From a virus (lineage: Duplodnaviria; Caudoviricetes), in IMG/VR virus record IMGVR_UViG_3300049212_000062, positions 34-64,033 of that record: 64,000 nucleotides of DNA. One strand, given 5' to 3'. Below, one piece after another: positions 1-9,270 of this stretch. Under the pieces are notes generated by a model that was not told the DNA's origin, did no database searches, and saw only the letters and a program-made list of their open reading frames with translations. Numbering within the stretch: position 1 is the stretch's first letter; each line of letters begins with the position of its first letter. The position numbers and the translations under genes are program-made.

Positions 1-94
1 GCGCATGAGCTGCGCATCGGTCTTCCCCGGGCCGCGCGTGCCATCGTACAGGATGATGTGAGCCGGGCACCATAGGGCCAGCCGCTGCGAGCCC
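1..94. repeat. Terminal direct repeat, identical to 63907-64000 (circular or circularly permuted assembly overlap)
   Basis: Bases 1-94 match 63907-64000 exactly, and the terL reading frame is continuous across the junction. Confidence 0.97.
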
Positions 95-180
95 GGCAGG
101 GGCTGCCAGACAATGCGCGGCGGTGCCGGGGGCGGTGGCGGTTCGAAGGCTACGGGAAGCGTACTGGGCAGGCCAAACAT
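1..180 (-). CDS. terL: Terminase large subunit, N-terminal part (continues from 63906 to 62413; about 557 aa in total)
   Basis: ATG at 180-178 overlaps the terS stop. It reads MFGLPSTLPVAFEPPPPPAPPRIVWQPLPGSQ...YDGTRGPGKTDAQLMR (Walker A) and joins the 499-aa ORF in frame. Confidence 0.93.
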   Translation of the reverse strand, partial: MFGLPSTLPVAFEPPPPPAPPRIVWQPLPGSQRLALWCPAHIILYDGTRGPGKTDAQLMR

Positions 181-680
181 CAGTCGACGCGCGAAGCTTC
201 CATAAGCGCCGACTGGCTTGCCATCGCTTGCTGTTCCCAGGTGTCGATGTCACCGACCGGGATGACCATGACGCCGCCGGACTTGCCGGAGATGTCGACC
301 TTGGTGGGCGCGTGCAGCCCGTGCATCGCGTTCAGCTCTCGCGCGGCTGACACACGCGACGCGGCCTTCTGCGATTCATCGTTGATGATGGCGCGCAGGC
401 GGGCGCGGGTGTTGATGGCGTCCCACTCTTTTTCCCGCATGGGGTCCGCCCGCTGGTGCTCCAGCATGGCGAGGCGCCGCTGTACGTAGCTCTTTTGAAA
501 CAGGAGCTTCCCGTACTCGTCGCAGAACACGGCCTGGAACCCGCACCGGCTGGCCGCTTTGGTAGTGCTGCGGTCAACGAGGTACTCTTGGCAAAACAAG
601 TCGAACAGGGCGCGCTCGCGCTCCGTCGGTTCTGGCTCCATCGCGGCCCATGTCCACGAATCTTGTTCAAGGGAGGCCAT
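180..680 (-). CDS. terS: Terminase small subunit
   Basis: Directly upstream of terL; FCQEYLVD..TKAASRCGF is the N-terminal HTH pattern typical of TerS. Confidence 0.85.
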   Translation of the reverse strand: MASLEQDSWTWAAMEPEPTERERALFDLFCQEYLVDRSTTKAASRCGFQAVFCDEYGKLLFQKSYVQRRLAMLEHQRADPMREKEWDAINTRARLRAIINDESQKAASRVSAARELNAMHGLHAPTKVDISGKSGGVMVIPVGDIDTWEQQAMASQSALMEASRVD

Positions 681-762
681 GCCTCGTTCCCATTCCTGCG
701 GTTGTGCCGGCGCACATGCGCGGGCCGTTGTCGGATATGGTACGCGAAGACTTTTGCGAGGC

Positions 763-1107
763 TTACTGTTGAGTAGTCTTCTTCGCCGCGCTGCGAACGT
801 AGTCGATCAGCGCACCGTGCCTGTCCGCACAGTCAAGGAGGGCGCTGTGCACGGCCTTGACCACAGGTGCCAGCACGTTCAGCGGCTGCGGCTGGCCCTC
901 CGGCGGTAAGGCCGGGATGTGGCAAAGTTCGGTGAGGCTAGCGTCCGGGAGCTCCAGCGCTGGCCGCGTTGGCGGCAGGGCGGGGCTCACGGCTGAACAT
1001 GCTATCAACAAGGTCAGCAGGTAGCACAAGGTCACCAATGCTGCCGCCAGCAGGGCATAGCGCAGGCCGCCTGAGGGCTTGCGCGAGTTGTTGCGAGGTG
1101 CGTTCAA
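763..1107 (-). CDS. Outer-membrane spanin (Rz1-like lipoprotein)
   Basis: Signal peptide with lipobox-like LLIAC, Pro-rich mature region, and overlap with the i-spanin in another frame. Confidence 0.7.
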   Translation of the reverse strand: MNAPRNNSRKPSGGLRYALLAAALVTLCYLLTLLIACSAVSPALPPTRPALELPDASLTELCHIPALPPEGQPQPLNVLAPVVKAVHSALLDCADRHGALIDYVRSAAKKTTQQ

Positions 1108-1345
1108 CGAGGTCCTCCCTGTTGCCGAGTTTGATGAGCAAATCGGTAGCCAGTGCGTGTCCCTCGTTCCGAATGCGCGCCGTCTCCTTGTCGTTGGCTT
1201 CTTGCTGTGCCTTGGCCGTCTTCTCTCGCTCCGCCGCCTCGGCCCGCTTGCCTACGCTGTAGCCCTTGGTCCACAGCGCCGCGCCACCGCCCAGCAGCGC
1301 CAACACGGCGACAAGCACGGCAATGAGGCGCAGCTCGAGGCTCAC
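938..1345 (-). CDS. Inner-membrane spanin (Rz-like)
   Basis: Probable GTG start at 1345; N-terminal TM helix (LIAVLVAVLALLGGG) followed by a coiled coil. Confidence 0.7.
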   Translation of the reverse strand: MSLELRLIAVLVAVLALLGGGAALWTKGYSVGKRAEAAEREKTAKAQQEANDKETARIRNEGHALATDLLIKLGNREDLVERTSQQLAQALRRPALCPAGGSIGDLVLPADLVDSMFSREPRPAANAASAGAPGR

Positions 1346-1815
1346 TTCTGCACGGGCTGGGCCGGCGCCACTGCGGCCGGCGGTTGCGGGTAGCTGAAGC
1401 GCGGGACGTCGACTATCACCAGCTTGACAAGCGCTGCGCCCATCATGCCGACGCCCGCCAGCACACCGGTGACGACCCACTTGCGCATCTCCAGCAAGGC
1501 GGGCAGGTTCTGCTCCACCAGTTGAAGCCGCTTCTCGTGGTCGGTCATCCGGATGCTGCCTTCTTTCAGGCTTTCAATGACGTGCCGTTGCTGCGATTCG
1601 ATGCTGGCGAGCATGCGCAGGCTCTCGCTGACCGAGATGATGGCGTCGGCATTGCGTTTCGTCTCGTCGGCGATGTGCGCCAGTGTGACCGCAATGACCC
1701 GCGCTTCGGCGCTCTGTAGCACGTCGCCAAGGTCAGGGGTAGAGGGTGGTGCCATGTTGGTCAGGAGCGCCGGGTTGCTGCCAGTGCTCGCGAGTATAAG
1801 GGCCAAGTTAGTCAT
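1342..1815 (-). CDS. Coiled-coil membrane protein with C-terminal TM helix (holin/XhlA-like)
   Basis: Coiled coil ending HEKRLQLVE, then WVVTGVLAGVGMMGAALVKLVI; adjacent to the spanins. Confidence 0.5.
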   Translation of the reverse strand: MTNLALILASTGSNPALLTNMAPPSTPDLGDVLQSAEARVIAVTLAHIADETKRNADAIISVSESLRMLASIESQQRHVIESLKEGSIRMTDHEKRLQLVEQNLPALLEMRKWVVTGVLAGVGMMGAALVKLVIVDVPRFSYPQPPAAVAPAQPVQK

Positions 1816-2053
1816 CGTGGTGCTCCATCAGCTTGCGCGTGAGCGTCATTGCTCCCGCTGCTTGATCGAGCATCTCATCGAGTGCCGTGTGCAGCGCCAT
1901 GCGTTGCGCGTCGGCAAGCTGCCCGTCGCCTGCAAAACAAGCGGCGTCGAAGAGCTGCTTCGCTGCCTCGTAGGTCCTGGCACAGACAACTAGCTGGACC
2001 TGCGTGGCCCGGAGCTTCTCGAGGATCTGCTCGCGGGTCAGGGCTGCTGACAT
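1808..2053 (-). CDS. Hypothetical protein
   Basis: ATG at 2053 (MSAALTREQ); packed between neighbouring genes. Confidence 0.6.
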   Translation of the reverse strand: MSAALTREQILEKLRATQVQLVVCARTYEAAKQLFDAACFAGDGQLADAQRMALHTALDEMLDQAAGAMTLTRKLMEHHDD

Positions 2054-2508
2054 TTGTACTCCACAGCCACCCCCTGACCGGTTGCATAGTCCAAGAAGCA
2101 CTGCCTTGCGTCCCGCCAAGACCAGCACACGGCGACTGCATAGCCCACGCTTCGCAGATCGCCGTGCCACTGCTCCTGAGTCTCCGAAACGCGCCCGCCC
2201 GGCAGTACCTTCATCTCGATGTACAGCCCTGCGAACACGCCACGGGGGACCGGCCAGCAGATGTCCGGTACGCCGCTCTTCACACCCTCCGTCTTGAGGC
2301 GAGACGCAACGATCAGATTACGCTCGCCGCCGTTTGGCACAGCATACGCCAGACGGGCCAGTGGATGCGTACCTAGATTTATTTGGATTTGCAACCACGC
2401 GAAGAAAGCTCGCTGTTCGGCATGCTCGGTCTTCGCCTTGGCTAGACCGTCGCAGTACGCGTCGACGTCTAAGCCTGCGGCAACTTCCTGGGCTGTTTTC
2501 TTCGTCAT
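2038..2508 (-). CDS. VRR-NUC family nuclease (Holliday junction resolvase-like)
   Basis: AVPNGGER...LKTEGVKSGVPD...LYIEMK...SETQEQW PD-(D/E)XK motifs. Confidence 0.88.
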   Translation of the reverse strand: MTKKTAQEVAAGLDVDAYCDGLAKAKTEHAEQRAFFAWLQIQINLGTHPLARLAYAVPNGGERNLIVASRLKTEGVKSGVPDICWPVPRGVFAGLYIEMKVLPGGRVSETQEQWHGDLRSVGYAVAVCWSWRDARQCFLDYATGQGVAVEYKCQQP

Positions 2509-2858
2509 TTGTTGAACAAGTCGATGGCGTTACGCAGTTGACCACAGTTGGCGCACTGCACGCACGGCGTACCGTCGGCAGCCAAGATGATGCAGAACAG
2601 CCAGCCACGGCAGCATTCACAGTGCCACGTCGGCGCCTTGCTGTAGGTGACAAACTCAGAGAAGATGCCCTTGCGCGCGTGACAGCGCGGGCACTCGAAG
2701 CCTTCGCCCTGGCCTACGTCGCGCGAAGAACCCGGGTCACCAACCTTGGCAACACCGCGGAACCTGTGCTCGCACGCGCCGCAGACGACCTCGCCCTGCG
2801 CGTGCGGGTTGTCGGGCTCTTGGGGCCTGCGTGGCTCAAACTGGTGGACTGTGCCCAT
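2505..2858 (-). CDS. Multi-CxxC zinc-binding hypothetical protein
   Basis: Four CxxC pairs (CGAC, CPRC, CECC, CANC). Confidence 0.65.
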   Translation of the reverse strand: MGTVHQFEPRRPQEPDNPHAQGEVVCGACEHRFRGVAKVGDPGSSRDVGQGEGFECPRCHARKGIFSEFVTYSKAPTWHCECCRGWLFCIILAADGTPCVQCANCGQLRNAIDLFNK

Positions 2859-3228
2859 TGGGTCGCCTCCCGGGCGGTAGTGGGCCCGTGGCGGCCTCGC
2901 GCACGTACTTGCGCACGCTGGCTAGGCTGACACCGACCTCCTGTGCGATCACTTCGTACTTCCCGCCGGCTCGCACCTTCGCCAGCACGGCATCACGCCG
3001 GGCGTGGTACGTGCGCATGCGCTCTGCCCCGCGCCGGTTGTGCCCCAGCAATTCCTGGACCCGCTTGCCGGCGAACTTCTTGATCAGTGTCTCCAAGACT
3101 TCAACGGTGTTGAAGCGGTGCGCTACCGGTTCGGCAGTGCAGCCCATGCGCCGAACGACGTAAAACTCGCCGTTCGGCGTGCGTGTTGAAAGGACGCGCG
3201 CAGGCGCCCCGCAGTACCGGCACAGCAC
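2836..3228 (-). CDS. Zn-ribbon plus HTH protein, putative transcriptional regulator
   Basis: GTG start at 3228 after AGGGGG; CRYCG...RRMGC...HRFNTVE (NrdR/Ogr-like ribbon) and a C-terminal YEVIAQEVGVSLASVRKY HTH. Confidence 0.6.
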   Translation of the reverse strand: MLCRYCGAPARVLSTRTPNGEFYVVRRMGCTAEPVAHRFNTVEVLETLIKKFAGKRVQELLGHNRRGAERMRTYHARRDAVLAKVRAGGKYEVIAQEVGVSLASVRKYVREAATGPLPPGRRPNGHSPPV

Positions 3229-3236
3229 CCAACCCC

Positions 3237-3683
3237 CTAGCCGGCGGCCGTTTGGCCCGTGGCGGGGCCGCCAGCCTCGCGCGCGGGGTGGTATGGGCAG
3301 GAGTCGGACCGTGCACAAGCGCGCGTCGGGCAGTGCATGCAGCCCGGTACGGGCGGCGGGAGCGGCCACTCCGGGGTCTCTGGCAGGTTGGCACGCAACG
3401 CAGCCGCCAGGGCCTTGTCAACCTCTTCCAGCTTCTGCAGCACGTGGCGGGCCTTGCCGATGTCCACCGGGCCCGCCTTGTCGCGCTCTCTGGCAATGTA
3501 GACAATTGCCTCACCCTTGAGGTAGCCTCGGAACTCCTCGGGCGTCAACCACGCCTCCAGCGCTTGCCAGGGCGTGATCTTCAGCTTGCTGTAATGGTCA
3601 CCGCCGACTTGGTGCTGGTCGAGCCGGTTCGGCGCATCCGTCGAGCGTGTCGCGCCAAGTGACGCCGGTGAAGCTGCGGTCAT
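3237..3683 (-). CDS. DUF3310 (SaV-like) protein
   Basis: QVGGDHY...GYLKGEAIVYIARERDK...DIGKARH motif. Confidence 0.8.
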   Translation of the reverse strand: MTAASPASLGATRSTDAPNRLDQHQVGGDHYSKLKITPWQALEAWLTPEEFRGYLKGEAIVYIARERDKAGPVDIGKARHVLQKLEEVDKALAAALRANLPETPEWPLPPPVPGCMHCPTRACARSDSCPYHPAREAGGPATGQTAAG

Positions 3684-3805
3684 AGTGTTCTCGCAATTGG
3701 GTTGACTGGGCCGCTAACCACATGCGCAGCGCCTCTTCGCCGTGTAGTTCTTTGACAACCGGGACGGGCAAGGGCTTCACGAGTGGTACTGCGGTACTCA
3801 TGGCG

Positions 3806-4042
3806 TCACAGTTTACCGCGCAGCCTCAGCAGTTCAGCTTCACGCTCGTGGTTGCGCTTCGGCAGCGGTGCCCAGCCGAGATAACGGTTGCCCTTGTCGT
3901 CCCAGGGCCCGCGAACGCAGATGCCGCCGACCGTAAGCAAGTGCACGTCGGCGCCCTTGGGCGGCTTCTCGTCGCCGAGCGCTGGATACTTGTATTCGTC
4001 GACCTTGCCGGCGACGTAGCTCGGGCCTTGGTGTGTGGTCAT
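3806..4042 (-). CDS. Hypothetical phage protein
   Basis: ATG at 4042 after GAGG; PPKGADVHLLTVGG...GWAPLPK. Confidence 0.6.
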   Translation of the reverse strand: MTTHQGPSYVAGKVDEYKYPALGDEKPPKGADVHLLTVGGICVRGPWDDKGNRYLGWAPLPKRNHEREAELLRLRGKL

Positions 4043-4107
4043 AGCAGTTCCTCGCAGGCAAGCGCCACCAGTAGGCAGCAAAGGAAGATCGGGTACATGG
4101 CGGCAGG

Positions 4108-4368
4108 TCAGCAGATGGGGTTGAAGGGTTTGTATTGCGCCTCGAGGTAGGCGTGGGCGATGTGCGCGTTGACGGCCGCACGTGCGCCGATGTCGAAGGC
4201 GTCTGGCGCGGTGTCCAAGAAGCAGCCGACGTCGATTTGGTTCTGCACGTCGTCTTCACTGGCACCGCGAAGCAACTGCCCCGCAGCCCAGTTCCAGCCG
4301 CTGTCGAACCGCTGGGCGGTGCGCTGCGTGCGGCGGTTGCGCAGCCAAGCCATCAGCCGGGCTAGCAC
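4108..4368 (-). CDS. Hypothetical protein
   Basis: Protein-like ORF in operon context. Confidence 0.55.
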   Translation of the reverse strand: MLARLMAWLRNRRTQRTAQRFDSGWNWAAGQLLRGASEDDVQNQIDVGCFLDTAPDAFDIGARAAVNAHIAHAYLEAQYKPFNPIC

Positions 4369-4784
4369 GACACGCCTTCCAGCCGACGGAACTTCGGCAC
4401 CACTTCAACGCAGTGCTTCCAGTTGCTCATGCGCAGCGGCGGCAACGGCTCTTGCCACACCCTCACCGCGTAGCCGGCGCCGTCCAGGCCCTGCACCAGC
4501 GACGTGACAGCGCCCAGCGCGACGTCCTTGTCCGGCACGTCGCGCCACTCGGCCACGCCAACCGACAGCGGGGCATGCGTCTTGCCGAACACAGACAGCA
4601 GCACGCAGCCGCCGGCCAGCAGTAGGGCCAGCTCGTCGGCGCTGGGCTTCCAGAAGCTCTGCACGACGTTGCAACCGTATTCCTCGGAAAAGCCCCGGCA
4701 GACGTGCAGGGTGCTGACGCAGTCCTCTTGGCCGTCCGGCGCGTGAAGCGCCGTGTTGCAGGCGGGGTGTTTGAAGTGCTCCAT
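4362..4784 (-). CDS. Hypothetical phage protein
   Basis: GGAG RBS; SFWKPSADELALL motif. Confidence 0.65.
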   Translation of the reverse strand: MEHFKHPACNTALHAPDGQEDCVSTLHVCRGFSEEYGCNVVQSFWKPSADELALLLAGGCVLLSVFGKTHAPLSVGVAEWRDVPDKDVALGAVTSLVQGLDGAGYAVRVWQEPLPPLRMSNWKHCVEVVPKFRRLEGVSC

Positions 4785-4820
4785 GTAGACTCCGATTGTG
4801 GGTGGGCAGCGTGTTCCGGC

Positions 4821-5087
4821 TCAATCCCCCGTTTGGGGGCCCTTGGGCAGTGGGCCACGGTCTGCGGCCATGCGTTTGATGTCAGCGCGCAGACGTTGCT
4901 CGCGCTTGGTGAGCATGTCGCGTTGTGCGGCGTGGTGCTCCGCTTCGCTGGTGTGGTGCAGCCGCTCGCGCTGGCACTGCTCCAGGTCGGCCACAGCCAG
5001 CTCCAGCGCCGTCGGCGTGGGCAGTCGGCGGAACAGGTCGCGCCACGTGAGTTGACGGTTGGCGTAGTAGCGTTCGATGATGCTCAT
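4821..5087 (-). CDS. Hypothetical coiled-coil protein
   Basis: ATG at 5087 immediately after the DUF2786 stop. Confidence 0.6.
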   Translation of the reverse strand: MSIIERYYANRQLTWRDLFRRLPTPTALELAVADLEQCQRERLHHTSEAEHHAAQRDMLTKREQRLRADIKRMAADRGPLPKGPQTGD

Positions 5088-5088
5088 G

Positions 5089-5808
5089 TTACTTGAGGCG
5101 CAGGGCGCCTTTGTTGGCCGTGCCGATCTGGCGCGACAGGTTGATGGACTTGCCGTGCTCGATGCCGCTGCGGTATGCGTCGCCGCCGACACGCTTGGTG
5201 AGATCCTTGGCGACGGCCAGCCCGCCGACGTTGGCTTTGATCCAGCCCTCGTTCTCCGCCTTCTCGCTGTCGTACAGGTTCACCAACACAAGCGCGCGGC
5301 TGCTGCTTTCGCCCTTGGCCGCCTGCACGGCCTCGGCGCGCATCTCGTTGCAGCGCCGACGAATGGCCGTTTCGACGCCCGTGGCGAAGTTGCGGGCTTC
5401 AGGGCTGGTGTCGCTGCCGTAGCGGGCGCGCAGTTCTTTGAACACGCTGGCGATCACGTACTCGGACAGCTCGCGTGCCGTGATGGCGTTGCTGGCTTTG
5501 CCGACGAAGCTGTGGGTTGCCGACTTGCCCCGGCCACGGGCGAAGAAGTAGCTGCAGAAGAACAGCAAGGCGATGTTGTGGGCAATGCCACGGGCCCAGG
5601 GATAGACCGACATGGTGGCGCGCTGCTCTTCGCGCTTCTCCTGCGCCTCCGTGCTGCCAACCTCGGCGATGTCCAGGTTGTGCTTCGTCATCAGCGCATA
5701 CGCCTGACGCAGCGCGGTTTCCCGCGTGGTCTGGTCACCGCGCTCGTCGTTGCCGACGGCAAGGCACTTGCGGATCTTGTCGAGGATGCGGTCTTGGTCG
5801 GTTGCCAT
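5089..5808 (-). CDS. DUF2786 family protein
   Basis: ILDKIRKCLA...ALRQAYALMTKHNL N-terminus; AAGGAG RBS; strong upstream promoter. Confidence 0.85.
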   Translation of the reverse strand: MATDQDRILDKIRKCLAVGNDERGDQTTRETALRQAYALMTKHNLDIAEVGSTEAQEKREEQRATMSVYPWARGIAHNIALLFFCSYFFARGRGKSATHSFVGKASNAITARELSEYVIASVFKELRARYGSDTSPEARNFATGVETAIRRRCNEMRAEAVQAAKGESSSRALVLVNLYDSEKAENEGWIKANVGGLAVAKDLTKRVGGDAYRSGIEHGKSINLSRQIGTANKGALRLK

Positions 5809-5834
5809 GCTGGGCTCCTTGTTGCGATGGGTGG

Positions 5835-5863
5835 ACTTTACGGTCGTTAAGTCCGCCTGTCAA
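5835..5863 (-). promoter_or_regulatory. Sigma70-type promoter TTGACA-N17-TAAAGT
   Basis: Consensus -35, 17-nt spacer, followed by CATCGCAAC and an RBS. Confidence 0.85.
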
Positions 5864-6142
5864 CCCCCTTCTTTCGATGTGGTCTCCAGGTGAGCACATT
5901 GCCACCGACCGCCAGCTTGTATTGACCACACCTGCCGCCGACGCATAGCGGCAACGTGCTGCGCGACTGGGCTTCGAGTCGAATCCACTTGCCGTGGAAC
6001 GGACCACCGCTGCACCGGTAGCTCGCCCGCTTCACGGGCTCTATGCGGCGCTTGCCGGGTGGGCGCATGCGTGCTCCCACCTTACCGGTGTACACGCAGG
6101 GGTTCTTGCGAGCTTTCATGTCGTGCAGTTTAGCAGCGGCAC

Positions 6143-6178
6143 AAAGAGAAAGGGCCCAACCGAAGTTGAGCCCTTTCC
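6143..6178 (-). terminator. Rho-independent terminator after the tail-fibre cassette
   Basis: GAAAGGGCTCAAC-TTCG-GTTGGGCCCTTTC stem with a UUCG loop, followed by a U-rich tract. Confidence 0.8.
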
Positions 6179-6315
6179 GACGGATTTTTGCCCGTCCACG
6201 ACCAGAGGCAAGCCTAGCCTTGTGCCGAACGCTTCTAGGGCCGTAGTGGCGGCCCGGTGCTGCGCGTTGCTGCCAGTATGCCCGGCAGTGTTTGATTGTT
6301 AAAGAGCGGGGCGGG

Positions 6316-7173
6316 TCAGACGTCCGACTCGCCGTAGAAACTCATGAAACGGATACCGATGACACCGGTTACACCCGCGACCGACATCGCGATGCGCGGA
6401 GCAAGGAAAGTGCCCTGCGCTGGGATGTCAGACGAATAGGTCTCAAAGTCAAAGGCGCCGCTTGACAGGGCTTCCAATCTCCAAGCCATAGCCGACCCGT
6501 TCGGGTGGGCGTAGATTTCAAACTGATAGCACTCGCCGTCGGTTGTGGTGGGCTTGGCGAAGGACGTGTTGTACTTCTGCACTGTGCCCGTGCCCGTGCG
6601 GCGCATGATTTGGATGTTGCTATCTGCCGTGTCCCAGCCCATGCCGAACACGTCGTCTTGCGCGCTCGGCTCTGCGTCAGTGAGACCTGACGTTAGGCTG
6701 GTGACACCGCAGAAACCGCGCGTCGTGCTGGCCTGCCCGATACCGGGTGCCCAGCGGAACGCCATGTAGAAGCCGCCCTTGCCAGCCGCGTCGCCGCGCG
6801 TCCATTGCGCCTTGTTTGCGAAGATGCCGGCCACGGCAGAAGACGAAGAAGCGGCCTCTACGGCAACCCTGCGCATACCTTGAACAAACCCGCCAGTCGG
6901 GTCCGTTGTCACGGCTGTGAGCGTCGAGATGCTGCCGGCGGTGAACGCGGCGCCAATGTTGTCGACGGTCGTGCTGTCGCCCTGCGCCTGCGACATGACT
7001 GCCCGCACGCGGCCCAGGTGGCTCTGCAGCACGCTCGGCCTATGGCCCGCCCTGCGCGTGTGCAAACGCGCCCGGCCACCGGTCAGGTCGTTGTAGAGCC
7101 GGACATAGCCTGCGGCCGGGTCGCTTTGCGAGTTGGCGTCGAACTCCAGCGGGACAAGGATGCGCTTGCCCAT
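6316..7173 (-). CDS. Tail fibre / receptor-binding protein paralogue 3
   Basis: Beta-rich; shares RGDAAGxGGF and TDAEPS.Q..V.G.GWD.ADSNI with 7175-8044. Confidence 0.65.
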   Translation of the reverse strand: MGKRILVPLEFDANSQSDPAAGYVRLYNDLTGGRARLHTRRAGHRPSVLQSHLGRVRAVMSQAQGDSTTVDNIGAAFTAGSISTLTAVTTDPTGGFVQGMRRVAVEAASSSSAVAGIFANKAQWTRGDAAGKGGFYMAFRWAPGIGQASTTRGFCGVTSLTSGLTDAEPSAQDDVFGMGWDTADSNIQIMRRTGTGTVQKYNTSFAKPTTTDGECYQFEIYAHPNGSAMAWRLEALSSGAFDFETYSSDIPAQGTFLAPRIAMSVAGVTGVIGIRFMSFYGESDV

Positions 7174-7174
7174 G

Positions 7175-8044
7175 CTAGGTATCTGATTCGACGTAGCAGT
7201 TGAAGAGCGTGATGCCGATCACGCTGCTGACACCGCCAACACTGTGATACATCTTCGGCAAGAGTAACGTTGTGTTCGCCGGCAGGCTCGAGCTGGCGCT
7301 GCCGCTGGTGGTTGTGCCTGCGGTCAGGTTGTCAAGCTGGTATTCGACTGTTGAACCGTTGGGCGCGCAGTAGATGGTCGCTTCGTACACGGCGTCTTCG
7401 TTGGCCGCCGGCCGGGCCCAGCTACCCGACAGCGTGTCTTTCGCGACGGTGCCGCTGCCGGTCTTGTGCATGAACGAGATGTTGCTGTCGGCAGCATCCC
7501 AACCGAAGCCCAGGACGTTGTTCTGCCCGCTCGGTTCGGCGTCTGTCGGCGCGCCAGTGGCGCTCACGAAGCCGAAGAATCCGCGCGTTGTGCTGGCAAC
7601 GCCGGTTGTGAAGCCGACGCGCATGCACACCAGGAAGCCGCCGCGACCTGCGGCGTCACCGCGATACCACTGGCTCTGATTCCAGCGGAAGCCGGCGACG
7701 GCCGTTGTGGACGGCGTTGTCACCAGTGCGTCGACACGGCGCTGCGACTTGTAGAAGTTGGTGTTGTTGACAGCAGCAAGGGTAAGCGTGCCCGTTGTGG
7801 TCACGCCCATGCCGAAGGTGTCGATGGTGGCAACGTCACCCCGTGGGTTCCACCATGCCATGCGGGACCGGCCGAAGCTCGGTCCTAGCGGCTGTGCCTT
7901 GCCACTTGGGCCGCGTTGGAAGAGGCGAGGTTGGTTCGCCATCTTCCCCGCATAAACGCGCAGGTCGTTGCCCGACCCCGCTGCCGGTGCACCGCTAGCG
8001 TCGAGTGCGACGAAGTCGTACGGGGTGAGGATTCGCTTTGCCAT
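7175..8044 (-). CDS. Tail fibre / receptor-binding protein paralogue 2
   Basis: Paralogue of 6316-7173; G/T/S-rich composition. Confidence 0.65.
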   Translation of the reverse strand: MAKRILTPYDFVALDASGAPAAGSGNDLRVYAGKMANQPRLFQRGPSGKAQPLGPSFGRSRMAWWNPRGDVATIDTFGMGVTTTGTLTLAAVNNTNFYKSQRRVDALVTTPSTTAVAGFRWNQSQWYRGDAAGRGGFLVCMRVGFTTGVASTTRGFFGFVSATGAPTDAEPSGQNNVLGFGWDAADSNISFMHKTGSGTVAKDTLSGSWARPAANEDAVYEATIYCAPNGSTVEYQLDNLTAGTTTSGSASSSLPANTTLLLPKMYHSVGGVSSVIGITLFNCYVESDT

Positions 8045-8063
8045 TCACCGCACTGTAGCCCGG

Positions 8064-9254
8064 TTAGGCGTGGATGACCACACGCAGCGCATTGCTTGCC
8101 GGCGCCACGGCGAAGGTGAATGACGCTTGCGTGGTGCTGGCAGCGACGCACTCGCAGTCCACGAAGGCATCGTCGCTGTTCTGCCGCACGCTGTAGGTGA
8201 TGTCCTTGGTGCCCAGGTTGTGCGTGACGGTGATGGTGGTGTTGCTGCCGTTGCCGATGTCCGCGGCGTACTTGGTGACGACGACAGCGGTGTTGATGGC
8301 AACATCGTCCGCGTTCACCGTGATGCCCGTGCCGGCACCGACAGCGAAGGTGCGGTTGGCGCTGATGTCGCCACCGCCCGTCAGGCCGTTGCCTGCGGTG
8401 AGGGTGACGCCGGTGTGGTCGACGTTGCGCGCGTGACTGGTGTCCAGTTGCACGTCGTCGGCGTTGACGGTGATACCGGTGCCCGCGCCGACGTTGAAGG
8501 TGCTGCCCGACAGGGTCAAGCCCGCGCCTGCGCTGTAGCTGCTGCCACCACCGAACGACACGAACGTCAGCGACGTGCTGCCGAGCGTGATGGTGCCGGT
8601 GTTGTTGCACACCCAGCGCGTGCCGCCATTGGTGGTGCCTTCGCTGACGAAGACCGCCGCGCCCTTCATTTCTTCGCCGCTGTCCGCGTCCGTGGCGCGT
8701 GTGCCAGAGCCCGACAGCACAACCACGTAGATCCCGTTTTCGGCCCCGGCCGACTGGTTCTTCACCAGCACGCGGTCACCCGTTGCCAGTGTCACCCCGT
8801 CCAGGCCCGTGCCGTCTTGCAGGTCGGTGCTGATGTCCAGCGGGTCTGTGGTGGCGACGCGAACCTCGTCTTTCCACGACAGGCCCGCCAGCTTGTCGTC
8901 GACGTAGGCCTTCGTTGTTGCGTCACCGCTGGCCGTGGGCGTGGCAAGGTTGGTGATTTTCTGCCCGTTCAGCGACACGCTGGCCGTCGGTGCGGCCATT
9001 TGGTCCAGGCGGCTGGTGCGGACCTGGGTGTCGAAGTCGCTGATCGTGCTAGCCGTCTGCGTGCCGGTGTGACGGCTGCGCGCGGTATCGCTGACGAACG
9101 ACGTGCCGTTGTGGTACTTGAAGAGGTTGTTGGTGCTGTCGTAGTAGAACTGACCGGCGGTCGGCGAGCTTGGGTCGGCTGCCAGTACGTGCGCAACCGC
9201 GTTCATCACCTGATTCTTGGTGAAGTCGTAGTTGACAAGGATTTTCTTTGCCAT
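8064..9254 (-). CDS. Tail fibre protein
   Basis: KITNLATPT...DATTKAYVD, GDRVLVKNQ...ENGIY, repeated GAGTGITVNADDV and TVTHNLGT motifs. Confidence 0.85.
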   Translation of the reverse strand: MAKKILVNYDFTKNQVMNAVAHVLAADPSSPTAGQFYYDSTNNLFKYHNGTSFVSDTARSRHTGTQTASTISDFDTQVRTSRLDQMAAPTASVSLNGQKITNLATPTASGDATTKAYVDDKLAGLSWKDEVRVATTDPLDISTDLQDGTGLDGVTLATGDRVLVKNQSAGAENGIYVVVLSGSGTRATDADSGEEMKGAAVFVSEGTTNGGTRWVCNNTGTITLGSTSLTFVSFGGGSSYSAGAGLTLSGSTFNVGAGTGITVNADDVQLDTSHARNVDHTGVTLTAGNGLTGGGDISANRTFAVGAGTGITVNADDVAINTAVVVTKYAADIGNGSNTTITVTHNLGTKDITYSVRQNSDDAFVDCECVAASTTQASFTFAVAPASNALRVVIHA

Positions 9255-9270
9255 GACCCAGCTCCTGAGG

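Noticed and set aside
6316-8044. Diversity-generating retroelement acting on the paralogous fibre genes
   Set aside because: No reverse transcriptase and no near-identical template/variable repeat pair differing at adenines; the similarity is old protein-level paralogy.
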